Counted from the whole stretch's first letter, positions 41,601-53,893 are shown. The stretch is 63,142 nucleotides of DNA, filler included, from Dugesia japonica (GCA_001938525.1; 6 parts of 6 records of this genome joined end to end with filler, not necessarily neighbours in it), one strand, 5' to 3'. The notes: a model not told the origin generated them from the letters alone. Numbers and translations are program-made.

Positions 41601-44600
41601 TTATTTACCACTAAATATATAGGCAGTTAAATTCACCAAAAAAATATTTGATTTTATGATTGATATTAGTAAAATTTCAAAAAACCTTATTGAGAAAATA
41701 AAATATTGTTTAAAAGACGTTTTTTTTTTAATAGAAAAATTCTAGTAAATCTTTATTTTAAGTCTTCATTAAATTTTCTTTTGTAGATAATAAGTCTGCT
41801 TAGCATTCTTTAATTACTATTTATTTATTATGGATATCTCTTATAAACCTTTGAACCCTTCAACCGCTACTTAGTATAGTCGAACCTTATTTAATGTCAC
41901 CATCTGTATAATCTCATCCTCCATATAAAAATCTAAATTTATAATCTTAAACTTTTATCATAATTTTATTTCTACAGTCACATTTACCTGATGAATATAT
42001 TTTCTAAGATTTTTCAAATTTGTGGGGTTTTTTTAATACTTTTTTACGAGTGAGGAAACTGGGTCATTGGTTGACTGTGTAAATCATCTATTTTTGAGTT
42101 TTATTTTATTGTTTTCTCCATTTTCTTTATCTTTTTTTATATTTTCCTAATTATTCTTTTGGGTATCATTCTATTTTTTTGCTCTTTTCAATCTTTTGTG
42201 AAATAGTATTATTATTTTTGGCAAGAATTAACTTCAATCTTCCATGAATTTACTGCATTTATTCTCGAATAGTGTACACTTATTATTTATTCGTGATGGT
42301 TTTCTCTTCGGATTTCTGTTACTAAATTATCAATTTTGCAAATATAAATTTTCAAATAATCAAGGAATGACCATAACAGTAATATTCTCTGTTTTTATTT
42401 TGAATAGTTACTGACCAAAACACGCATTTCTGTTTAATTTATGGCAATTTGTATGTAATCATAACAGTTTCATACAAAAATAAATTTTTATTAATAAAAT
42501 CAGCATAAAATAAAAAGTTTCCCTATTTTGCTGTTAAGTTTAAACCAGAGTGGATTATTTTCTCAAAAAAGAAATCGGGCATTGTTATCCAAATAAATGC
42601 TACAAATATATTATGCAGCACACTAAATTACAAAATTTGATAAGATTTCTATGACTAATCACATTACTCTTTTTACAGTCACATTATTTGTATAGTCTGA
42701 TTAATGTAGTGATTAAACGGAGGTTTGACTGTAGTTCTATTTACTATTGTGGCTAATTTCTATAATATATCTTTATGGCCGTCGGATAATTGTTCTTGTT
42801 TCATTTTTTTAAATTAAAATCATAAATTGAAATCAAAATGCTTTAAGCTTGTACAGAAAATGTTTACTTGGTATATATTTTAAATTACTTCCTTTTCTAT
42901 CTGAAATAATAAAATCATTCAGATTGGTAACCAGGGGCTTAAATAGAAAATTTGGGCTCTTATACAAAAGTTATCAAAGGGCCCTTAATTTTTTTGTTTA
43001 TTACAAGAATAAAATTTAGAATAGAAATATTAGTACAAATAAGTTAAGTGGTGTCGAAAATTGATTTTAGATTTAGGCTTATTTTGCCGACAAAAATCAA
43101 TAAATGAAAAAAATCTATCAATCATTTTGATACGATATTCAAATTCAAGTTTAGAAGATATTTCAGGATTTTTAAAATTTTCTAATTATGAATATTATCA
43201 TTAATAAACATTTTAAATAAAATGATTCTTGAATCAATATTGAAGTTTACATTGTATTTTTCCTTTTTTTTACTATTACATATTTGAAAAACTAATAATA
43301 AATAAATTCAACATCAATTTTTAAGTGAACATAATAATAAAGAAAAAAATTCATTTCATTTTTTCCCATTAAGATTCAATTAATTATAATTTTTTAATAT
43401 TATTTTTTTTTCTAATAATAATATTTTCTAATTTATAATTTTCACGAATAATTTTTTTTACAGTATTTCATAATTTTATTAATTTCTAACGCATGAATTA
43501 AATTTAGTTATTGTGTTTTAATTTTATTAATGGTTAAGCAAGTATTTATGTAAGACTTCTCATTACTATTTAATGAATTATAAATTTTGCACAGCCTAAC
43601 CCGCATGCACTGTGTAGATGTGGTTTTTATTTTCACGATTGTTTTAACTATTAATTTATTGAACTAGTAAACAAAGAAAATTATAGTTTAATTTATTGAT
43701 TTTTATATAACCTACATTTTAAAATTACTTAAATTACCTTTTCGTTTATATCATTTATCCGGTTTCTTATTTATAAGCCGCAGTTTGTTAGTGGAAAAAA
43801 CATTGTGCCAGTATTTATTCTTTATAATTATTAGAGAAAAAAATTAAATATAAATCAAATATTTTAATGATTCGGACTTATAAGAAAAATTGGGTATTCA
43901 AAAAATGGTGAATTTATTATTTAATAAGAAATAAATATTTTCACTTATTTCCATTCTATAGTTATCGCTTATGATTTCTCTTGTTACTCTGCGCGGCAAA
44001 ACAACATCACCAAATTGCTCATAACTGTGCTCTATTAATCGATTTATTAGGCTTTGTGTAGTCGGGAGGTTATTACTTGAACATGCTTGTGTGTAAATGA
44101 AAAAAAATCCTCAATGAATTCAATGACTAAGTCAATAAATGGCACGCCAGAGTCGGCACATGCAGACATAAATATTTGGGGCGGAATAGAGGCGTATAGG
44201 AACTGGTAACAGTGTTTTGATATGTGTGCTCTGCAGATAAAAAAACATTGACTGGGCTTTCAAAACTGTCGGATTCATATATTTTTATGTATAAATGTTT
44301 TATTGCACATACATTGAGCAATTGTTTTATTGCTGTTTTTATCATTTTTTCAAATGTCCTGCTTGGTAATAATTATTTTATTATTTGCATTTATTTTTGT
44401 CGTTTTCTTTGTTGATCTCTCCACAGTCTACAATTAAATTGTCGTTATTGTGTGCCCATTACCATAACCAGCAGCAAACTAATAAAGCAGCAGCAAAAAG
44501 GCGTCGATATTATCAATTAATTTATCTAATAAATTTTTCTATTTGTCTACTTATTTAGTGTAGTTGAATCCCTTCTCACTTAAGTGTCGACAATCACTTT

Positions 44601-45130
44601 GATTCTCAATTCTTTCTTAGTCTTTGATTATCTGCTATAATCGTGAAATGCATAGAATTCAGTTAAATGATCGATTAAGAACTCGATAATATAATCTCCC
44701 CAGTGATTAATTAACCGGGATTTTTATTATTTCAATCGAATTCTCGACTGTTCTACTAAGAATATTCTCAAATTATTTATTTTTTCTTTTTTTAAAAAAA
44801 TGTGTGTAAATAACAGTTTGAATCATTATTTTTTTATCTTTTATTTGTTCTTATATTGAATGAGAGATCAATTAATCAATACAATTCAATTGATTTATAA
44901 ATTACTAATTAATTTGTTTAAGTAATTGATTTTAAATTTTAAATAGATCGATTTTATTTTTTTCATTACTGCCGTTTTATAATATTTTTATAAATTAATA
45001 AACAAATTTTAAAATTTATTATATGCTGCACAATATTTTTTGATATAATCATCAATTAAGAAACTGTATTTTCGAATTTTGTTAAATAATTTGAATAGAT
45101 CAATTGTTCGTATATCAAGAAGCCAACATG

Positions 45131-45162
45131 TTCCTGAAGAAGACTATTGTCGAAAATTTGAA
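45131..45162 (+). ncRNA. Minimal hammerhead ribozyme motif
   Basis: ttc-CTGAAGA-a-gac(tatt)gtc-GAAA-at-TT-gaa; palindromic AAATTT across helix III. Confidence 0.65.
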
Positions 45163-45317
45163 ATTTTTTACAAATACATTTTATNNNNNNNNNNNNNNNN
45201 NNNNNNNNNNNNNNNNNNNNNNNNNNNNTTAATTAATTAANNNNNNNNNNNNNNNNNNNNNNNNNNNNNNNNNNNNNNNNNNNNTTTTATCACTTTCCTA
45301 TTTTTTTCTTTTAGAAA

Positions 45318-45983
45318 ATGGGAGATTATAGATTAAATGAGAATGGAAATTATGATGGTTTGAATATGCGAGATCAAATTATTTTGATTAAATATTTGGA
45401 TAATTTAGGGGTGGATTTATCAATTAAACCAAATGAAGTAGCAGCAAAGATTGGAATTAGTACAAGAAAATTGAATAAAGTTTTACGTAAAAAAGATATT
45501 TTAAAAGAAGCTATGAAGAAAAAATCTATACCTAAACGTTTTAGCTATGATAATGTGAAACAAGTACTTATTCCTGATAGAGATGGAATTTATTATAGGA
45601 AAAATAAGAATTCAATATTAGATTTTAAACCAAAAAAGGAAAAGATTTCATCAGAAGAAAAAATAAAACTAGAAAGTGAAGAAATAAAAAGTAAATTAAT
45701 TGGAGCTTTTAGTGATAAAATTCAATATCCTAACCTTGATCCAAGAAATTATAGAAATTTATGTAGAGAAAATATTAAAGAATTTAAAGGAGGAGCAATT
45801 AAAGAAGAAGAATTTGATGAAGAAGAAGAAAAAGATTTAAATTATGAAAATAATGTAACCAGTGTAACCAATGTAACCAGTGGGATTAGTGGAACCAGTG
45901 AAAGTAAACTAAATAATTTATTACCAAAAACTAAATTATTAAGAAATTCAAGTCAATTAGATTTAACTCGTGATTTTTCATAA
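45318..45983 (+). CDS. Hypothetical Polinton protein, possible N-terminal HTH
   Basis: Intact 221-aa ORF with AAAATG start; PNEVAAKIGISTRKLNKVL is HTH-like. Confidence 0.7.
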   Translation: MGDYRLNENGNYDGLNMRDQIILIKYLDNLGVDLSIKPNEVAAKIGISTRKLNKVLRKKDILKEAMKKKSIPKRFSYDNVKQVLIPDRDGIYYRKNKNSILDFKPKKEKISSEEKIKLESEEIKSKLIGAFSDKIQYPNLDPRNYRNLCRENIKEFKGGAIKEEEFDEEEEKDLNYENNVTSVTNVTSGISGTSESKLNNLLPKTKLLRNSSQLDLTRDFS

Positions 45984-46011
45984 AAAATTTGTTTAATAAA
46001 AAGCCTTTAAA

Positions 46012-46386
46012 ATGGAAGAAGATTTTTTTAAATTAGTTAGAGAAGATAAATTATTTTGTAAAGGAGTTGGTAAAGATTTAAAAATAATGGTAAACAACTT
46101 TGATTCTTGTACAACTGAAAATGAAAAGAAAATGTTAAACTGTATTAAAGATTTATATTTGAGCAATCGAATTTATAAAGAAGCATATGAGAGGAAAAGT
46201 AAAATAAAAAGGGTTAATTATAATTATGAAGAAGAAATGAAAAATATTAAAGAATTAAACAAAGCAAAAGAAAAAATTAAAAAAGAATATTATAATTCAA
46301 AGATTAAAAAAATTAAAGAAAATAATAAGAATCAAGTTATAAATAGTTTGAAAAAAGATGAAGATTTCTTTAAAAAATACCCCTAA
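46012..46386 (+). CDS. Hypothetical K/E-rich Polinton protein
   Basis: Intact 124-aa ORF, AAAATG start, abutting its neighbours. Confidence 0.7.
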   Translation: MEEDFFKLVREDKLFCKGVGKDLKIMVNNFDSCTTENEKKMLNCIKDLYLSNRIYKEAYERKSKIKRVNYNYEEEMKNIKELNKAKEKIKKEYYNSKIKKIKENNKNQVINSLKKDEDFFKKYP

Positions 46387-46389
46387 GAA

Positions 46390-46665
46390 ATGACTGAAGA
46401 AAGTATATATAGCAATTCTAGTTTACCTAGCAATTCTAGTTTACCTAGCAACATGAGTGAGGAAATGGAAAAATTAATTAAAAAAGAAGAAAAGAATAAA
46501 GAAAAATATCAAAAAGTAATAAAAGAATTAACATGGTGGGGTAAAATTTACAAGTATATTATTTTTACTTTGATAGTAATTATAATAACAACTATAATTT
46601 TAATTTTTTATTTTCGAAAGGAAATAATAATATATTTGAACAAGGCCAAATTTTTTGAAAGATAA
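46390..46665 (+). CDS. Small single-pass membrane protein
   Basis: 91 aa; hydrophobic YIIFTLIVIIITTIILIFYF; stop 1 nt before the capsid ATG. Confidence 0.7.
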   Translation: MTEESIYSNSSLPSNSSLPSNMSEEMEKLIKKEEKNKEKYQKVIKELTWWGKIYKYIIFTLIVIIITTIILIFYFRKEIIIYLNKAKFFER

Positions 46666-46666
46666 A

Positions 46667-47908
46667 ATGGATTTAGATTTCAATATAAACTTTACACATT
46701 TACAAACTAAAGTAGATTTGTTGAAAATTTCCCCTACAGCTGGTTCAATAGTAAATTTAAATAAAAATGGAGACATTTCATTTCAATCTTTACAAAATAG
46801 TAATCCATTAGATATAGGAAATGCAAAAATGTATTTTAAAATATCATTCAAGAATAATGTTGATACAATAATATTAGAAAATGATTTCTTTCCAGCTTTA
46901 TTTTCACAAATGAGATTAAAAATAGGATCAACTTATATTGAATCGATAACTTTTCCAGATGGAGCTTCAACAATCATTAATTTAATTTTAATAGATAAAG
47001 CAAATAAAAAATCTTATTCAGCCTATGGTTGGGTGCCCAATTCGATAAAAGATAGTTTTGATAGGAGAACGGAATTATATTCAACAAAATATGAAGGATA
47101 TTACCCTCTGAGAAATTTATTTGGATTTTTACAAAATTATAATAGATTGTTATTCAATACATTTATTCAATTAGATTGTAATCGGGAAATAATGAATGAA
47201 AAAATATTCTTTGGAACAGGTGATAAAGTTGAAATACAAATTGATACACTAGAACTACATATTCCTGAATGGACATTAACACCTAAAAATGAATTGAGTT
47301 ATTTGGAAAGATTATCAACAGGAAAAAGTATTCAATCTTCATTTTTGGAAAGAAAAATGGGTAATTGTTCAATAACAACAGGAACTAGTTTTTCAATTAA
47401 AATGGGTAATTTACCATATAGACCTAGATTTGTAATTGTTGGATTTAAATATAGGGAAAATTCATAAAAAAATAATAATAATTTATTTTCAATAAAACAA
47501 GATATAATTAAAAAGGTTGTTGATCCTAAAGATGCAGCCAAAACAATTGATAAAAAATCAACTTATTATTTAAAAAGTATTCAATTACAATTAAATAATA
47601 CATATTACTCAAATACACGAGTAGAGTTTGAAGTAAATAATAATCAAGTAATGTTTCCATATCAAATGTATATAGACATGTGTAATTCATTTTCAATTAA
47701 ACCTCAATTAAGTATTAAAGATTGGGCAAGTTTTTATCCAATATTTTGTTTTGACACTTCAGCACAAGATAAAAAATTAACTATAAACAATGTAGATTTA
47801 ACTTGTCATGTAACAAAAGATAGTAAAATGAGTGGAAATTTATATTGGTTAATGCTTCAAGAGAAACATGTAGAATTAAAAATATCAAATGGTAAAGTAA
47901 TGTTGTAG
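46667..47908 (+). pseudogene. Major capsid protein (double jelly-roll), one in-frame nonsense at 47465-47467
   Basis: LENDFFPALFSQMRLKIG..IESI, YPLRNLFGFLQNYNRLL, PRFVIVGF, YPIFCFDTSAQ; ORFs 46655 and 47651 share a frame and the sequence between them is open (~413 codons in total). Confidence 0.9.
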
Positions 47909-47989
47909 AAAATATTAAAGGGCAAGATGTTAAAAATTTTACTATTGGAGTGAACCCACTTGGAGTGAACCAAAAGTAAAATTAATAAA

Positions 47990-48139
47990 ATGCCTCTAGA
48001 AAAAGAATTGTGTACAAGATGTAATAGATATTTAACCAAGTCGAATAGAAAAAGACATTATGCAATATGTTCAAAAAAGTATTCTTTGTGTGTGGTTGGT
48101 CCGAACGAAGTGGTAGGCGAAGCGCTTGCGCGAGAATAG
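47990..48139 (+). CDS. 49-aa zinc-finger-like ORF, possibly the frameshifted N-terminus of the PLA2-integrase
   Basis: MPLEKELCTRCNRYLTKSNRKRHYAICSKK (CX2CX11HX3C), AAAATG start. Confidence 0.6.
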   Translation: MPLEKELCTRCNRYLTKSNRKRHYAICSKKYSLCVVGPNEVVGEALARE

Positions 48140-48140
48140 A

Positions 48141-48500
48141 GGAAGTTTAGGCGGAGGAGATCTACAACCTAGTAAAATTACATCAACTTTATTAAAACCA
48201 TTTACTACAGAAAAATATCCTGGAGAAAGACATTTATTTAAACACAATTACACTGGACCAGGATATTAGACTTGATGAAAATAATATTCCAAAAGAAGGT
48301 GAAGAACCAATAAATAGAGTTGATGAAGCAGCATTAAAACATGATATTGCTTATACAAGTGAGGATATTAGAGATCGTCATTTGGCTGATGCTAAAATGA
48401 TTCACGATTTGAATAATATTGAAGATCCAACTAATTCTGAAAAGATTCAAAGAAATTTAGTAAAATTAGCCATGAAGGGAAAAATAATGATTGGATCTGG
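48141..48500 (+). pseudogene. Parvovirus-VP1-like phospholipase A2 domain (adintovirus PLA2X-like)
   Basis: PGERHLFKHNYTGPG / frameshift at ~48264 / IRLDEN..PINRVDEAALKHDIAY..DRHLADAKMI: Ca-loop YxGPG and catalytic HDxxY. Confidence 0.9.
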
Positions 48501-49402
48501 TGTATCTCTGGAGCGAAGCAACAGGGAGGATGAATTACACAAACCTTTTAATAAAAATAAACAATTTCTCAAAGTAAAATTATTCTTTAAAGATGAAACT
48601 TGGTCAGCAGATTTAATGTTTATAGGACCACCTACTAGATTTAATAGAAATCGTACGCAGTCAACTGGAAAACTAACTACAATATTAATAGTATTAGATT
48701 TGTATACAATATTTTTATTTTTAGAAATACTAGAAAATAAAACAGGAAAAGAAGTAAAAGAAGGATTAGAAAATATAATAGATAAAAGTAATTGTATTCC
48801 TAATAATTTATGGGTTGATAATGGAAAAGAATTTTACAATAAAGTTTTGCAAGAATTTTGTATCGAGAATGATATAAATTTATATTCTACTTCTTTAGAA
48901 ACTGAACTTCAAGGTAAAGCTGTTTTTTTTTGAGCGAGTAATTAGAACATTTAAAAGAAGACTATTTAAGATTTTTACAAGACAAGGAAATCAAAAATGG
49001 AATAGTGATTTGTTAAATTCTATAGTTGATGATTATAATAATACAATTCATAGTTCAATTAACATTACTCCACAAGAAGCTAGTGATTCACGTAATCTTT
49101 TGAACAAGAAAACTATTAAATGGAAAAATGAAAATAAGGATTTTAAAAATCCAAAAAGTTTGAAAAAAAGAAAACTAAAGATTGGGGATAGGGTAAGAAT
49201 TTTTAAATTTAAAAATAAATTTGAAAAAGGTTACACAATAAATTGGACAGAAAATATTTATACAATATACAAAATTTATAGAGAAAATAATACATCACAA
49301 CCATGGGATGGGATATTAACTTATGCGATCATGGATAAAGAAGGAAATAAAATACTTGGTAGATTTTATTCCAATGAGCTTCAATTGACCAACTTTAGGT
49401 GA
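48500..49402 (+). pseudogene. Polinton retroviral-like (rve) integrase, frameshift in the T-run at ~48923-48931
   Basis: ELHKP..WSADL, LIVLDLYT, LWVDNGKEFYN, ERVIRTFK, YNNTIHSSI, IGDRVRI..FEKGYTINWTE, GRFYSNELQ. Confidence 0.93.
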
Positions 49403-49435
49403 GAGGACATAAGTCCAACTTTTAGTCTATAAAAA

Positions 49436-50230
49436 ATGTCTTTACCAATATGGAAAAATAATGCTAGTAAATTTAAACATGAAATTTTTCCACCTCAATT
49501 TAGATGTTTAATTATTGGATCATCTGGTTGTGGAAAAAATGTTCTTTTACTAAAAATTTTATTGACTCCAGGTTTTATAGATTATAATAATTTAATTTTA
49601 TTTTCTACAACAATTAATCAATTTGAAATCCAATTACTAAAATATGGATTTGAACAAGGTCTTGGTAAACAAGATTTAATGAATATTTTTTCAGATGATA
49701 TACAAAATAGAATACCCAAAGATTTAAGTCCACAAGAAATTATTTATTGGTATTCCCAATTAGATATTAGTCAATTACCTAATCCTAATCCCAACCAAGT
49801 TGACCACGAAGTTAATTACCAAGAGACAATAAACGTTTCAATTTCCAACAAAGCATCTGAAATTGTTCCATGTGATAAGTTGCCTAGTAACAAGAAAAAT
49901 TTAATTATATTTGATGATTTTGTAAATGGAAAGAATCAACAGATACAAAAAAGTTATTTTACAAGAGGAAGACATAATAATTGCAATGTAATTTATAAAT
50001 CACAAACTTATTATGACTTGGATAAAAATTCAATAAGAAATAATAGTAATTGTTTTATATTTTTGAAATTAGGAAAAAGAGACAAGGATAATGTTTTTCA
50101 TGATCTTTTTAGTAATATTTTTAGTAATAAAGAAGAATATGATTTTGAAACTAATCATCATTGGAAAACAAAATATAATTATTTTTATCTTGATAAAGAA
50201 AAAGAAGTTTTGATGGATTCTTTGTTCTAG
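49436..50230 (+). CDS. A32/FtsK-HerA-family DNA packaging ATPase
   Basis: Walker A GSSGCGKN (Asn at the T/S position), Walker B LIIFDD, FTRGRHNNC, SIRNN. Confidence 0.93.
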   Translation: MSLPIWKNNASKFKHEIFPPQFRCLIIGSSGCGKNVLLLKILLTPGFIDYNNLILFSTTINQFEIQLLKYGFEQGLGKQDLMNIFSDDIQNRIPKDLSPQEIIYWYSQLDISQLPNPNPNQVDHEVNYQETINVSISNKASEIVPCDKLPSNKKNLIIFDDFVNGKNQQIQKSYFTRGRHNNCNVIYKSQTYYDLDKNSIRNNSNCFIFLKLGKRDKDNVFHDLFSNIFSNKEEYDFETNHHWKTKYNYFYLDKEKEVLMDSLF

Positions 50231-50242
50231 TTTAGTAAAGTT

Positions 50243-50386
50243 TCAGTTGTAAGTAAAATTACATTTATTAAAACAATTGGTGTTACCAGAGCAAATAGGT
50301 TTAGGTTTAGGTTTAGGTTTAGGTTTTGATTGATTATTTACAGTTGAAGTAGTAACTTTAACAGTAGTAGTAGTTTTTCCCTTCAT
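50243..50386 (-). CDS. 47-aa basic Thr/KP-repeat, Cys-tailed micro-ORF
   Basis: AAAATG start on the minus strand; MKGKTTTTVKVTTSTVNNQSKPKPKPKPKPICSGNTNCFNKCNFTYN*; fills the intergenic gap. Confidence 0.45.
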   Translation of the reverse strand: MKGKTTTTVKVTTSTVNNQSKPKPKPKPKPICSGNTNCFNKCNFTYN

Positions 50387-50438
50387 TTTAGAATCTTCAT
50401 TTTTAAATTTATGTTGAATTAAAAATTTATGTCTAAAA

Positions 50439-50954
50439 ATGACAAGCCCGCAAAGTAGTGTCACAGAAAAAGAATTAATAGATTTAATAAATAGTGAAAA
50501 GTGTAAATCAATAAAAATTAATGATAAAAATTATTGGATAGGAAAAAAGACTAAAGAAATATTAAAAGAGAAATTAGCTCAACACGAAGGTGGAGTCTTT
50601 CCCTTGTTAGCTTTAATACCAGGAATTTTAGCAGGAATAGGTGCAGCTGAAACTGCAGCAGCAGTTGTTGCAGGTGCAGCAGCAGGGATTGCGAAAGCAG
50701 TTTCCAATTCACGTGAAGCAATTAATCTAAATAAAAGAAATGAATTATTAGATATTCAATTAAAAAAAGCCTCTGAAAATGGTTTATATTTAAATCCTTA
50801 TCAAGGAACAGCTATTCATAAATATTTAAAGTCTATTGGTCTTGGGGAAAATGAATTAATTAAGAAAAAGAAATTTAAAAAGGGAATAGAAATTATCTCA
50901 ACAGGACAAGGTTTGTATTTGAATCCTTATCATGATCCTTATCAAGTTAAATAA
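50439..50954 (+). CDS. Polinton/adintovirus Gly/Ala-rich membrane-active-like virion protein (cupiennin-like)
   Basis: HEGG|VFPLLALIPGILAGIGAA..AGAAAGIAKAV and two GLYLNPY motifs; GG may be a maturation-protease site. Confidence 0.75.
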   Translation: MTSPQSSVTEKELIDLINSEKCKSIKINDKNYWIGKKTKEILKEKLAQHEGGVFPLLALIPGILAGIGAAETAAAVVAGAAAGIAKAVSNSREAINLNKRNELLDIQLKKASENGLYLNPYQGTAIHKYLKSIGLGENELIKKKKFKKGIEIISTGQGLYLNPYHDPYQVK

Positions 50955-51743
<789 letters not shown>

Positions 51744-51764
51744 GTTACTCAACTTTAATTAAGA

Positions 51765-51879
51765 ATGTAATCTATTCTTGTCTAGAATAAAATTAAACAT
51801 TGTTGATGAAAATTTTAATACTATAGATTTTGATGGAGAAAAAATAAATATACTATTACATCTTAGACAGACAAATTAA
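51765..51879 (+). pseudogene. Minor capsid (penton) C-terminal remnant
   Basis: NLFLSRIKLNIVDENFNTIDFDGEKINILLHLRQTN* matches the Polinton penton end (I..D.....IDF.GE.I...LHLR); the rest of the gene is absent. Confidence 0.75.
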
Positions 51880-51891
51880 TATGATAAGAAA

Positions 51892-52371
51892 ATGGATATA
51901 GAAGATTATTCTATACTAGATTTTCTTAAAACATTTGGTATAACATCAATGACTAATTTCGATTTGATGGAAATTGCTGAATTTTTAAATATTAATGTTA
52001 ATGTGATAATGAAGAATGAATTTCCCAACTTGGAAAAAGGTAATTGGATTATTAATTACCAAAATACAAATCAAAAAGGTTCTCATTGGATTGCTTATGT
52101 AAATAATTCTTATGTAAATAAAGGATATTATTTGGATTCTTTTGGTTTACCTCCAATAGATTGTATTCAACAACAAGATAATGTTAATCCAGATAAAGTC
52201 AATTGGAATAAAGAACAAGTTCAACCTTGGGGAACTAGGATTTGTGGAATCTTGTGTATTTATTTTATTTAAAGAATTCAAAAAAAAGATAATCAACAAG
52301 TTGAATTCAATCAAATAATAAAAGAATTAAAAAATACATTTAAGCAACTGGTTGTAAGCAAGTGGCTGTAA
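51892..52371 (+). pseudogene. Adenain/Ulp1-like cysteine maturation protease; TAA at 52270-52272 probably premature
   Basis: IINYQN..KGSHWIAY, YYLDSFGLPP, QVQ....ICGILCIYFI (His/Asp/Gln/Cys); frame stays open after the stop to 52371. Confidence 0.9.
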
Positions 52372-52401
52372 GCAAGTGGCTTTAAAAATTTTACTATAAA
52401 A

Positions 52402-53599
52402 ATGACTCACAGCTTTTCAAATGTAATAATGAATAGGTTTGGGGAAACACTTGAAAATAAAAACTCTTCCCAAATACTTGAAGCGATTGATGGAAAAGTA
52501 GAAAGTAAAATTAATATCAAATTAAAAACACATGAATATGAAGAAGAAGTAAAAAAAATTGTGATGACAAGGATTTTGTTAAAAAAGAAATAAAAGAATT
52601 TAGGGACAAGTTGATAAAGAACTTGGAATCAAAGATCCAATCCCAAATTAGAATTATAACTAAACAACAAGTAACAATTGATACTTTAGTAGAAAGTAAT
52701 AAATTACACTTGGGTGAAAGAAAAAAAGAATTTATAAAACTAAAAAGTGAAATGTTGATTCAACTTGAAAGTTTAAAACAACTTGAAAGTTTAAAACAAG
52801 TTGAAGATTTAAAGAAACAAGTTGAAAAATTAACAAGTAATTGTAGTCAAGAAAAATGTGACAAGTTGAAAAAACAAGTTGATAAATTAAAATATGAATT
52901 TGATTTTTATGTTCAATCACAAAATGATCCTCTACCAGAATTTAAAAAAAATTGGAAAAATTATATTTTCATTATAAAAAAAGAAATGAAATTGAATCAT
53001 ATATAACTTATTTGGAAAAAGAAAGAAAAGAAAAGAAAGTTTATTCTCAAGATAAAATATATTACTTGAATAAAATTTTTAATAATTATTTACCAATTGT
53101 TGATTATTTTAGTGAAAGGTTTTTGGGTGATTTTTATGTACCAGAGAGATATAAGCAAACAGTTTTTATGATATCTACAGAATTAATTAAAAATGATTTA
53201 CCATGTATTGGAGTAGAAAATGTAATAAACTATGATATTGTAAGAAAGGGTATAGTTGAAAAATTTAATAATAAAAATTATTTTCTTCTCTTAATTGAAT
53301 TAAAAGATAGAGATGTAAATAGAAGATTAAAATTTATTTTTTATTTTTGTCATAACCCTAATAATGGTCAAGAAACTAATGTTGAAATTTTAATAAAAAC
53401 TCTTACTAAGCCAATAATTTTTAAATCCTTTAATTATAAAATAAATACAATTAATGAAGTTTATTTTACTATAGATAAAAAAGATATATGTAATATATTT
53501 AATGCATCTTCTTTTTCAATTTATATTTATAAAGATGTTTATTTTAAAAGTCTGGAAATTAAAACTTACTTTATTAGAAGGATGGTAGGAAATACTTAA
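52402..53599 (+). pseudogene. Hypothetical coiled-coil Polinton protein(s), broken into three ORFs
   Basis: ORFs 52402-52593, 52611-53006 and 52952-53599 abut or overlap near A-runs; LKQLES/KQVE heptads. Confidence 0.6.
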
Positions 53600-53632
53600 A
53601 TATTTGATTAGCCCAAACTGATCTAATAAAAA

Positions 53633-53893
53633 ATGTCAAGTGAAGAAATTGATCAAGTTGAAAAACTTTATCCTAATTTAAATGATTATAATAATAAAGA
53701 CTCCCAGACAATACAAGATTTGAAAAATAAATTAAATAGAACTAGAATAAGAGATTTCGAAAGTGATTTGGAATGGGTTAATGATAAATTAAAACATTAC
53801 AATAAATTATTAAAAAGATGGTCAAAATTTGATAATGGAATAAGATTTACTGATGTTGGAATATCAACTTTAGTGGGAATAGCTTCTGAGTAG
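53633..53893 (+). pseudogene. GasderminX-like adintovirus protein, truncated
   Basis: KLYPNL..RIRDFESDL..KLKHYNKLLKRWSKFDN followed by the start of a hydrophobic segment; fits my recollection of the family N-terminus; cut by foreign sequence at ~53890. Confidence 0.55.

Noticed and set aside
50298-50325. Telomeric repeat
   Set aside because: Only four GGTTTA units, not TTAGGG, and internal to the element
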